Assembly (NCBI GenBank): GCA_964057225.1
Contig: OZ059896.1
Location: forward strand, 8,742,001 to 8,806,000
DNA: 64,000 bases
Source: Auanema rhodensis
Lineage: Eukaryota; Animalia; Nematoda
Reading direction: 5' to 3'
Below the pieces are notes generated by a model that was given only the letters and a program-made list of their open reading frames with translations, ran no database searches and was not told where the DNA came from. The number at the start of each line of letters is the position of its first letter. Positions within the stretch are counted from its first letter, which is position 1. Below, piece by piece: positions 34,864-47,705 of the stretch. The position numbers and the translations under genes were made by a program.

Positions 34864-37800
34864 ACCGCATCTGTTATATATCGTTGAAGCTTAGGTTGAT
34901 GCCCTGCTACCTGACTCTTTCTTAATCTAGCCCATCGTTGTTGTTACGGTTATTTCTCTTCAGAAATGTTTCTATATTTTTATTATTGTATTATACACAA
35001 CATTATCGTACAATGATTCTGATATTATCTGATTCACAATCATTTTTTCTTTTTGTCGTCTGTTCGGCTTTAACATCTCATCAGAATCTTGTGAATCTGT
35101 CTGCCTCCGACGAAGTGATCACATTTACGGGTTTCTAACTGGTGCCACATCTGTTTTGTATTCTTTAAAATCCCATCCATCTTTTCAGCCTCAATCCTTG
35201 ATATAGATTCTCTTGGTCTCTCTTGGCAAATAATCTGTTATATCTCACAAATTGATAGAATTATTGAAGATTTTATTGTATAGTTAACTGAAAATGTTTT
35301 GAACTCAGAATGACAAGTCTTTAATGCTTATGTTTCTCATTTTGCCAAAAGTGATTTCCATTGTTTAATATAAGAGAAAATGGAAGAAAAATCTTTGTTA
35401 TGAAAATGTATTTTGTTTACCAAAAAAATAATTATTTTAAATTAGCAACTAACAAGCAATACTTTTGATCATCTGTTTCTTTCTTTTCAATCTCCTTCAT
35501 CTCTTCTCTTCTTTCTGATAATTTTTTTATCTGTTATGTTCATTACGAGTCTTCTAACCATATATATCTATATCTATATTATGTTAACTATATACATATA
35601 AACTTTATATGTATATACATTCAAAAGAAACAGAACAAATCAATTAATAAATTTTATGAAAATAATCTTTTGTCTTGTTCATATCACGTATATACCACAT
35701 GAAATGGAAGAACTATGTTTTTCTAATAACAGAGGGAGGTTCATATATCATATCAACTGTCTTTTTGAACATCAACATCATCATCCATGTCTTCATTCAT
35801 TAAATAAAATCAAAAAGACAACAGTCGTAATCAATTGGATAAGATATACTAATAATATCTGAGCAATATATCATCAAATTTCATCAATCAACAGCTTTAA
35901 GAATTTCTTAGCAAAATTTCTAAATATTTTCATTTTCTGTACTTCTATGATGGAATTGAGAGGTTATCTACATATTATAAGTAGAAAAACATTACTCATT
36001 CGATAGAGAGGGAGAGAGAGAGACAGAGAGGGAAACTGATAATAAAGTGCTGAAAAATGGTAAATGTTGAAGTATTTTGTTTCAAAACTATCAGAAGTTG
36101 CATGGCTAGTACATAAAATCCAAACTTTTCTCACATAAAACTATACATTGAAGGGATGTTTTATGATTTTTTTTGATGGAATGAAAAGAAATATCAAGAC
36201 AAACTGATAGAGAATGAGATGAATGTGTTTTGTTGCAGAAACCCGTCGTCAGCCTAGTCAAAATGTTCTGATGTCGTCGTTAACAGTCGTTTTTCTAGTC
36301 ACAAAATCATTTCTGTAAATAGTTTTATTATTCATTTATCATGGTTTGGTTAAGGCTCATTGATGACATTGAGATGAAAATCAGAAGACGACGACATTAA
36401 ATCATAAAATAGCTTTTAGTGATTCTAAAAACCACAATCAGTTTGATTCAAAGATGAAAATACATATGTTTATACATATGTATGTATGCATGTATGTATG
36501 TATAGTATACATGTTGACATATAAATATATATTTTATTTTTTCTTCAATAATAAGCTTCATAATCATGCTGATGATGATGATGATGATCTTCTTGCAGAG
36601 ATTGGTTTATCAGAAGTTTGTTGAAAGACAACTGAATGGCATGAGTGTGTATGAAGCCTGATGAATGATTGATAACCATCGTCAACGCACAAGGTATATA
36701 ACAAGAGAAGCTATTGACTCTTAAAGAAAAATTTAGTTGAAATGGTGATTATAGATTAAAGAAAATTCAATTTTCAATAGAATATTGACGAAGAAAATGA
36801 AACATTCATTTACTCATATATTCATATGAAAAGAGAAAATAACGAAAAAAGCTTCACAAGAAGACTTGAATAATCATAATATTATTCTTTCATTTATTTA
36901 TATTTATATGTATAGTTATGTATATTTTATATAATAGATATAGCTAGATCTGAAGCTATCATCACATCCACTTTGACAGATTTGAGAAGTCTGTACCAAA
37001 CCAGCAGGGGGCTTCGGTTCAACGGTGTATGGTGGTGGTGTAAGCGGTGGTAGGTTATAGGGATGGGAAGAGTTGAAGATGATAATCTGAAAAGACTTCA
37101 GATATCAATAACGATGATGACAGTTTGTTGATGGTGTCATAGCTAAGAATGATATTAAAAAGATATCAATGATAAATTGTATTCAATACAATCAATTGAT
37201 TTTCATTGTTTTTATCCAAAAAAAAAAGAAGGAAAAACTTTAAAAATTTTCATCAAATAAATGATTAATTATATAAATTTTATAATTGTATTCAGTACTT
37301 TTCTTTTTTCCATACATTATAGATTGATTTTGCTTGTGCAGTACTCTCATCATCTTATTCCTATCAAAATGTTCGAATAGAACAAAAAATCTCTTCATAT
37401 AAAATGAGAATGATGGATGGATATGTTTCAAATTCTTATATTAGTATCTGATTTTTGTCTTTTTCATATTTAATTTAGCAAGTTAATGTCCATCCATCAA
37501 ATCATTTTATGACTTTGCCTTTATTTCGTCTTCGTTGCCGCCATTAGACGACTGATGACTGATAGCTTTTGGAAAAAATGTAACTGTGTGTGATCATCTG
37601 ATCTATTAAAAGCTTCTCATTCAAATTTTATATTTGATTTCCAAATTTTTTTATGAATTTTTATTAAATTCTGTTATCTTATTGAAATATTTTATTAATA
37701 AAATTTGCGAATATTTTAGATGAAGACGATGGAATGAAAAAGAAAAAGAAGAAGAAGAAGAAGAATAACGAGATGATGATGATGATGACGAATTTCATTA

Positions 37801-40800
37801 TTAAAAGTATTCAAATATTATTATCTTAATGAATTAATTCATTAGATAATGATAGAAAGATCTAGATATTTCAACTCAATATAACACGTTATATCACACC
37901 TTATCACCAGCTATCGCTACCCTTTTCTCATCATCAGAACTACCGTAATCATTCTATTTGTTTCGGTTTCATCTGTTAGAACTAGGTAGAAGCATCACAA
38001 TCAAGTAGCTTATATATCTTTAATCTTGTTCATTTGGCATTTTCTTCGACTGATCACGTATATCTCGTGATAGATGAGGCAACAGCTTGCCTGAATTAGT
38101 CTTGCTTATCAGTCAAATGTTGTATGAATTTGATCTGAAGTCCTTTTTCCTCCTGTCAAGATTCACGAAAACATACATAGATGTTCACAGAACCTGCACA
38201 ACTGTCCTGAGATTAATGGTCTATCTGGTCAGTTGATTAAAAGCCTTTAGTAGGAGAAGGAAGATAACTTTTTCTTCTTCCTGCTTCTTCTAACGCTGCT
38301 GCTTCTTCATCTTTGTTAGAAGAAATCATAGATTAATGATTTGACTCACGTCGTTTATCATTGTGTTTCAAAAGAACTGAGCACAACTGCATAACGTCAA
38401 GATAAGATGTCTATATACAGGAAATAGCTCAAAATGTGCAACAAAGGCTGTTTCTTCTTAACGTTCTTATAAGCCCATAACGATGATAGTGTTAATACCG
38501 TAATACTTTGCCTCTCGGGCTCTGTGCTTAGTGAACAGATGCTAACGCAGCTTCAAGTAGAAAGCTTTAGTTGTGATAAAAGCTTCACTAATCGGTTATT
38601 AAAGAGTTACATGAGATCAGTTGTCTTTTCGATAAGATCATTGTTGAATTGACACATGTCCTCTAGTCAGCTCACTACGACTCAATACATCAAGCTGATT
38701 CATGACAACTCTAAACAACCGTCTCTAGATTCTGTCATTATCATCTGAAGCTCTAGTCGAAATGCTCGATGCAAGACGATGATAGATTGATTATCAGCAA
38801 TGAGTACCACTATCAGCATTCATGACTACCGATGGGAGGTAAAGATAAAGATTTTTAAAAATTGAGTGGGTGGAGGCTAATAAAGAGGGAAACTACATGT
38901 GTGTTATTTCACAATTTGGCATGCATTTTGTTATGATAATTGGTAGTTGTACTAGAGAATTGTTGATAATATCTATCATTTGAACTGAAAACAAGGAAGC
39001 AGATTCTGTATTTCAAAATGAGAAAGGTTACCTAAACACACATAAACATTTATGTTTCTTATATTGAGTAGTCTTACATAGTGTCAATTACTCGTTATGC
39101 TTATACTCCCCCCTGTAAATGGCGGACACGCTAATAAATCACTTAAAGTCTTGACATTCAATGTATAGATCGAAAGAATTCTGACAGTCAATCAACTTAT
39201 TCGCTCTTTCTCTCTTTCTTGTTCTCTCTCTCTCTCCCTCTCTCTCTCTCTCTCTTCTTTCTATCTAACTGTGTACATTATAATTATATAATTGTAGAAC
39301 AGCTATCAAAGTTTGAAAAACATTTAAATCATTCTTGATAATACATAAAATCTTTTTTATTTCGTCCATTTCTCAATTTACGAAAGAATTTTTTGTTTTT
39401 TTTTTTGCAAATAAAACAAAAATAACAAAAAAAAACTTTTTTTTACAAAGAAAATAACCCTTTTTCTGTTTAAGCATATGAAGTAGGGAAAGAAAAATAT
39501 ATTTTTTCGTTCTGTCCTTCGTTTTTTTTAGAAAAAAAACTGAGAAATGATTGAGAAGGATGAAGAGGTGGGGGGCATGTCTAGAAAAAGAATAAGAGAA
39601 AGATGTGTCGAATTGATGTGCTAAAGTGTTCAGAACTTCTCCATCTACAGATCGTTTTAAAAGTTTTTGTGATACGTTTACTTATAGACTTTACACAATT
39701 GATATCGTGAACATGCTGAATAATTAAAAAAAAAGGAAAATTGAGTGTCTTCATTCAATCTATTCTCTCTCTTTCTTTCTCCTATCTGTTTTGTGTGTCT
39801 TTCACAGAGGAAAGCTTACGTATCAAAGTTGACGAATGGTCGGAAAGCTTTGTTGTTTCCGGATGTTTAATACGATTATTGGCCTATTAAACCATCACTT
39901 TGAAGAGAAGAAGCCTATTGGTTTCAAGTCTTATGATTGGTATAAAGCTTCTTGATAATGTATGTATCTGTATAACTATTATTCATATTTCACAACAACC
40001 AGCCAGATTTTCTACTTTAACTTTCCACTTCTTCATGATCATTCATATGGATATTGACATGAGATTGACGTCGGCAGCATTAGAAGACAAAGATGTCTGG
40101 TGACAGTAACAGATGATGGGAACTATGTAAAGAAAGTTGAGGTCACAATCACAATTTTGGATTTAAGATGTCAAACAGCAGTTGCAATCTAGTATTAAAG
40201 TCATTTATTGAATAAATATAATGATTGACAATATGTGATGAGAAAAGTCAGATGATCATACATGAAGTAATACATTTAGTGTCAACTCATCCTTCAAGTA
40301 CACCAGCTCACTATGATGTCATATTAACCTCGTTTTTCGTAATTTTTGTTCTAAAACTTCTAGAATAAACCATAATGATTAATCCTTTTTTTCTCAATTA
40401 AAAGTACTGAATTTCCATTTGAATGATACATCTTCTCAATAGCTTTTCAACACTTTTCACAGTGATTTCTACTACTGATTAATAGCTTAGAGAAAACGAT
40501 AAAGATGAAAAAGAAGACAATAAAGAAACAGGAGAAAAAAATGAAAAAAGAAATTCCTGGATAAGAAATAAGAAAAACGAATGAGAGAGTTTGAATGCTT
40601 GATGGATTAGCTAACAACCATGGACCAGATGACAACCGAATGAAAAGTTTTCACCGTTTCCTGTTTCTGATTTTTATCGTTTTTTTCATTAAAAAATTCT
40701 ATATCTTTTTTTTTTCATTTATATTTTTGATTTTTGAGATTAAAATCTGTGACAATTCTCCCACGTTAACTTCCTTTTCAATCTGTTTTTTTTAGAATTT

Positions 40801-42079
40801 TTAAATGATTAATAGTTGAAGAACAATTCTCACACACTTGTCATCAACGATCGACTAAGTTTGAAGATGTTCAGATAGTTCCCAAGCTTATGACGTATAC
40901 GTAAGCGAATGTGTATAGTTTACTGTCAATTTTTGAAATATTATTGACAAACTTTCAACTTCATGTCATTTATGTAGATCGTTGAATGATGAGTTAAGGA
41001 AGAACCAGAGTTCCGTTTGGGACCGTTTTAGAAGAAGTTCAATTTCAGTTTTGTATCTGAGCTCATTTCTCTTCGGTACTTCTCTCAATTCTTACTTCAA
41101 GAATCGTTGAGAGATGATGAGACATGCTGAGTCTTAGAATCTTTGACAGATGAACGACATCATGGCCACGTTACGTGATTTACGAGATGCCATGTCGCTC
41201 TGAGAGCCCACGGTATTTCTCTCTCGCACTCCATCTATCTCTCTTTCTATTCCTAATATCTTGAACAGAGTGTGATGATCATTCTAATAGTTCAACAACA
41301 ATTTATTTTGTAAACTAACTATACATTATAGTTACATAGAGTTAATATAATATACACAAACTTATATAACAATATTACAAAGATGAAGCTAACTGAGCAA
41401 AAATCTGAGAAAAAAATGTTGTATACACATACACATACCACCAAATTTTCTCATTCATCATCACTTTTCTGTCAGAATCTGTTTTAAAAATTCTTAAAAA
41501 TACTGACCCGTTTAAAAGAAATAGCAACAAGACAATTCGTCTTGTTTTAGTTTCTTTTCGGTTTTCCTTCTCCAAGAAAAGTTTGATTGACGACCTCCTT
41601 CAGCTCCAAATTTCAGCTTTTCAAAATCTTCTTACTGTTACTTGAAATTCCAGTGAATTATTCATCATTCCATTGACAATTCATATACATCAACAGAACA
41701 GATTTCTTGTAATCTTCCAGCAGTTCATTCTGACATCTTGAAGTTGTCATCGTAATGTCTTTGGTGCATACCGCCTACCGAGAGAGGCGAGGTCGTTGTC
41801 AGGGATTTCGCTCATCTCCCATTATAACAATAACAAATGTTTTTCACGATGACAATAATGATTAGGGATTGTTAAACTTGATAAATTCTAGAAAAAAGTC
41901 AAGAACAGTGCTTCCATTTAAGGGAAATGAAATATAAATATTAAGCTCTCTCAAACCCTTCTCCCCTCTCTCTCTTTCTCTCTCTCTCTCTTTTTCTCTT
42001 TCTCTATCTTATTCTCGCTTTCTTGATCGCTTCTGTAATTCTTCTATCTACCTATCTGCAATCGTTTTCATATCTCGTC

Positions 42080-42390
42080 CTCCTATCCGTGTTGCTCTGG
42101 CCACTGCTCAAACTGCCTGACAGGCCAATCTGTCCGTGTCCGTCCGTCTGTGTCACTCGTCTTCTCAACAATTACAGTAGACAGAGTGAGTGTCTGATTG
42201 ACGGCCGACCGGCGGCAGTTCAAACGCATCTTTTATCTGACACATGTAATCCATCACCCTGCCTGTCAGACCAATGGCCTCTCTTCATTCCCGCTATGCT
42301 ATCGGTTCTTGCGTGTTGTCTTCATCGTCTTCATCGTCGTCGCCGTTGTCGTCGTCATCATCGCTGTAGTTGTCGACGGCATCAGTCATA
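42080..42390. promoter_or_regulatory. Candidate TALE (Pbx/Meis)-Hox enhancer about 7 kb downstream of tlp-1
   Basis: GC-rich island with TGACAG 42118-42123 next to CCAAT 42125-42129, TGATTGACGG 42195-42204, TAATCCATCA 42247-42256, and CTGTCA 42263-42268 next to CCAAT 42271-42275. Confidence 0.5.
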
Positions 42391-44077
42391 CAAACTTGGA
42401 ATAGAATTGTTGATTTCTTGAATACTTTAAGTAGAAAATGGCTTACGATGGTATCAGTTGTTCGATGTCGAAGATGTTTGCTTGTTAAACATCTGTTTCC
42501 TTTGGTATATATGAATTCCATTGGGCAAATGTCTGATAATTTACATAAATATTTTGAAAAGTATTATTCAAGAAGAGAGAGAGTAATTGCACTTATCATT
42601 TATATTGTTGATACAATCTATTCCTCCCTCTCTCTCTCAAACTCAGTCTCTCTGAAACTTTTGGAGTAGATTCTTATCAACTTGCAATAATCAAGCAATT
42701 TCTTACTATAAGAAAAAAAGTATTTTCTGAAAACTTTAAATGATAGATTGTGATAGAAATATTCCAAATTTGTACAAAAAAAAATAAACAAAAAACTTTT
42801 GACCTGTTTATGAACAAATACAATAAAATGTATAGAGAAATAGAAAGTTCCAACAAATGTATGTTGATTCATGATCAAACATTATATTTTCTGTAAAATG
42901 TTCCCGAAGCTCATAAATAGTGAAATTTATTTGAGGACATTAACTATTGAATGTCAAACATTTTCAAAACTTAAGGTTTTATAAACCTATTGTCGTGACG
43001 ATGTGGAGAAATTATCAGATACCATTCTACAGTTGTCTTGATAGTTGTACAATCTCTGAGATGCTGTTGACGACATCAACGATGACCTAAACATCTAGAA
43101 TCTGTCATTTTCATAAGAATGTAAGATACTTAATTGTGTTAAAGGAATAACGATCATCAGAATCTCGTGTTGTATAAGATCGGTTGTTTCGAATATTCAG
43201 TCACAGTTTATGTGACCATCTTGTCAACTCATTTATGACTTTTTGTCTTCTGAAATTACCATCATATTGCCGTTCAACTGATTATATTGTCGTCATTTGA
43301 AATAGCTCAACGACATCATAAGCGAAGAAGAGAGAAAGAGGAAATACAGAGAGAAATTAAGAGAGTAGAGAGAGAGGGGGCTGCAATTTAAATCAGTTTT
43401 CTGTCGGTTAAAGTCGTCATAGTTTCCATCGTTATCTTTATCGTCTTCATTGTCTCTCTTTTACTCACCTTAATAATCTTCCTCTATTGAGCTAAAAGAA
43501 TTTTTTTATTTTCTAAGAATGTCTTTAAGTGTCCATATTATGTTTCCTATCATCTTGACAACCATCAGACGGCTGATCATCTGCTGAAATACCTCGTAAA
43601 GAAGCCAGATTTGTATGAACTGTAGTCATTTTATGAAGCTAGAAATATACTATTTTTCTTTAATTTTCTTTACAATTTTAATAAAATAAGGGATTTTTCA
43701 ATATAATATTTTAAAGTTATATAAATAATTGAATAAATAAAATATATTTATCTTGATTTCTAGATATGTTTCAACTGATCTTTAAGCAATTCTCAAGATC
43801 TTATTCGTTTCTATTGTAAAAAAAAAACTTTTTTTCTCATGTTATCTTATTCATAAATTGTTTTTCCTTTCTTTTCGGCATTATTTGATGTTATAACAAG
43901 AAAAAGGTGAAAAATAGTATGATTATATGGATATAATATAAAGAACGATAAGAAGGTTTACTTCTTTAATTATGCAATGATTATGACGTCATCTGAAAGA
44001 TTTACATGGCATATTCCGCATTATTTTATGTAAAGATAATCTGATATATTATATTTGTATTTATATAATATATTAAG

Positions 44078-44115
<38 letters not shown>

Positions 44116-45687
44116 TTATAATATAAAATAATAATCAATATGACCTTTAAATTGGAAGAAAAAAAAATATTACTGACACCGTCTGAATTTGTCTGAATAA
44201 TTTGAACATATCAACCATCTGTTGAATCTTTTGTTAATTCATTTTATGAAAATTTCAATTAAATTAACAGAAACTGGGATTTGAGATTTAAAATTCAAAT
44301 ATATTTTTATTTTTACATAATTGAAAGCTTAAGTTTGACGTGAAGCTATGTTAGCTTATAGCTTTTCTCTACTTTAGATGTCAGATTGGAGATGGATGAG
44401 TTGGCGCATTTTCAAAAATCTAAAACTCTTAGTTGATGATGATGATACAGCTGATGATGATGAAGCACCATAATTGATTGATAATATTTAGAAATGTCAT
44501 TTCTAAATATAAGAAAGAATCAATTTATCATTTTTAATGATAAAACTTATTAAAATCTTTATAAGTATAAGGTAAGTTGAATGATTCATCAAAATCAGTT
44601 GTTGCTATTTGATGACGATGATGATTCTTCTTCTTCTTCTTGTTTTTCTAATCGATTTTAAAATTATTAAATGAATTCTCATATGATGTCATGCTTGTTG
44701 ATTATAATGAATAAGTTAATGACAATAATTTATATAATTTAGAAGTTAACATCATCTTCTTATAATTGAAATGATGTTTCTCCAATCTCCAGAATCATCA
44801 CTAAAACTACAGAAATAACCAGAACCATGTACATGACTGATGTCGTCACCCACCTCATCATCATAATCAATGTCATTGCAGTCATTTTGCTGACTGTCGA
44901 AGGGGGTGGTCGTCGTTGCCATCAGACGTAATGGCGCTGGCCATCTGATGGCAATTCAGATGCGCTTGTCCGGTTTCTGAACTTAAGAAGACATATGTGT
45001 CATGTCATAAATAAAGTCAATAAGAAGCCAAAAGAAGTTGAGGGCCACCTAAAACTCATCGTATTTTCGTCGCAAAAATTTATGTGACTGAGACGAACAA
45101 TACAATTGTCAGTAACGAAGCCATACCGACGACAGATGAGGTTAACGGCTGTTGAATAGATGAGAAAAATGATTCATTAAATAGATGTGTCCTCATCTGA
45201 TTCTGAATGGTTTTAGTCGTTTTCTCATCTTCTTTTCATTCGGATTCCTATTAATTTTCACGAAGAAAAGTTACGATGTGTGCTGTTAGAACAGACGGAA
45301 TTAGCTTTTGATAAATGCCGACAGATGAAAGGAAGTGTTAAAAGAAGATGCCGTCGTTGTTGACGATGATTTAACGTTGACAACAACAATTTCATCTGAT
45401 TTGTATTGTATTTATAAACAATAAAAGAGAAAATCGTGCGAATGATGAGGCATAACAGTAACATCTAACATGTATTTCAATGCGATTTAGTATACTCAAT
45501 GTTACAGAATATTCTCATTTGAAAAAAGCTTTATGAGCATCATTATGTCTTTATTGCTTCACATATTCTTTTGAAAAGCATGGTCATCATCATCAACATG
45601 TTCTTTTTCTTCTGAATACCGACAACGATGAAATAAAACGAAAATGATATCTGAGAGAAACACAGCTGCTTTCATCTATGACTGTAA

Positions 45688-45729
45688 CGTCGTCGTCGTC
45701 GTCGTCATCATCATCATCATCATCATCAT
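45688..45729. repeat. Compound (CGT)n(CAT)n microsatellite
   Basis: cgtcgtcgt run followed by catcatcat run. Confidence 0.85.
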
Positions 45730-47095
45730 TGTCGGTTGACGGTTCATCATCATCTACACAACATTTTCCATCATTAATCTCCAGCCGGCTATTCATTTAG
45801 CTCGTTCTCTCTTGTCAAACGTTGTATCTTTCTAATTAATCAGATCGTTCGGTTGAATCCTCATTCTCAAGTTTACTAAGAGACTAATCAACGCACACAT
45901 TCTCAAAGCGAAATCTCAAAAATAATTTGAGTTTTGTGTAAATTTTAGGGGCGAAATCAAATATTCTATATATATACATATAAGTTATATATAACATATA
46001 GTATTAATGTTATATGTAAACTTTGAAATGTATTCTAGATGATGTTAAACTTGGATGATATTCTTGATAAGCTCATTCAAACTCAGAATTTTCGAAAAAA
46101 ATTAAATAATATATAAGATTATATGTATAATTATATATTTATAAGTTATATATATAATAATAATTTATAATATTATCTTATAAAGAACATATAAGTTTAT
46201 GTAATGAACACTTGTAAACTGGTGTATATACAAGTCGTTTTGTTTTTATAATACCGGTATACTATACTCATTACATCTTATTTTTAATTTATTTTTTAAA
46301 ATATTATATATTTATGTATATCTATATACACATAGATATTTTAATTTTATTTCTCTAAATATTGAATATAATCTAATTTTTGTAATAAATTATATAATAA
46401 GATATTACACATGTATCTATATATCATTGTATAATATAGTATATAAACACTGTATTTACAGTAAATAATATAATATATTACAATATAGTTAATAAAACAG
46501 TCAATAATTCGTTCTTTTAGTCAGCTCATTAATTGAGCTTCTGTTGTTGTCATTAATCAAAATCTTTTTTCTAAGCAGTTATAAACGGAAAAGGAGAGAG
46601 AGAGAGAGTTGGTAAAAAGAAAAGATCGAAGAAGAAGAAGAGAATGAAGAGTACGAAAGAAGAAAAAAAGAAAGAACGAATAGATAAGAGAGATGAACCG
46701 TTTTGCACGTTTTCAGCACAGTTGTATACAATAATCTATTTGATATTATAAAGAATATATATATATTTTAATTATATATATTATATTTTAATTTTTCTAT
46801 AATTTATATTTTAAAAAATAAAATAATATAAATCATTATATAGTATAGTATTAACTATATATATGTATATGTATATATTGACCTTGATGTGATATTTAAA
46901 TTGAAAGGTAAAAATGAAATATATTTGACAAGATTTACCATTCATTTGAGTAATTGCATTGATATTTACTTTAAAAATTTACAACCACATCTATCTATGG
47001 GTCAGAGAGTCATACATTGCTCTTAACCAATGAATTATATCTTTATTCTGTCATAAGAGTAAAGAAGCAAATCAGGGTTGAAAAGTGACTAAAGC

Positions 47096-47130
<35 letters not shown>

Positions 47131-47648
47131 GAGACTAGAAATGAAGAGAGAGGATGGGAGTGGAAGGGGGGCTGAAAGAAGTAGCGAAATGTATATGTTC
47201 ATATTCATTTGAATGTATATCTACTTCTCAAATTACATATTTTCCTTTTATTATTTGAAAATTCAAATATTACTGTGGAAAATAAATTATTTTTGAAATA
47301 TGTTGCCATAAAAGTCAATTATCAACATCTTGATGTGTTCGCAAATGAGAAAATGGTATGTCGGCAAGATCAAAGAAAAGCAATATGTCTTGAATCTGAT
47401 TGATTTGACCATATTAGGTAACGTAACTCCTTCTACTGGACGGGTTTAATGGTAACATGAAAAGACTGATGAGCTAAGTAAGGGTAAACCTTCATACGAT
47501 AAGACCATTTGAAGAAATAATTCTTTGAAAGGGTTAAAGGGATGGGGAGTTGATAATATTATTTATAATTAAAGAAAAGTAAGAACTTTTCTTAGACTAA
47601 AAATGCTTTATATTTAAATAAATATGAATAATTAAGAGGGAAATATAC

Positions 47649-47652
<4 letters not shown>

Positions 47653-47698
<46 letters not shown>
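47653..47698. repeat. (AG)23 microsatellite
   Basis: Uninterrupted AG run. Confidence 0.95.
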
Positions 47699-47705
<7 letters not shown>

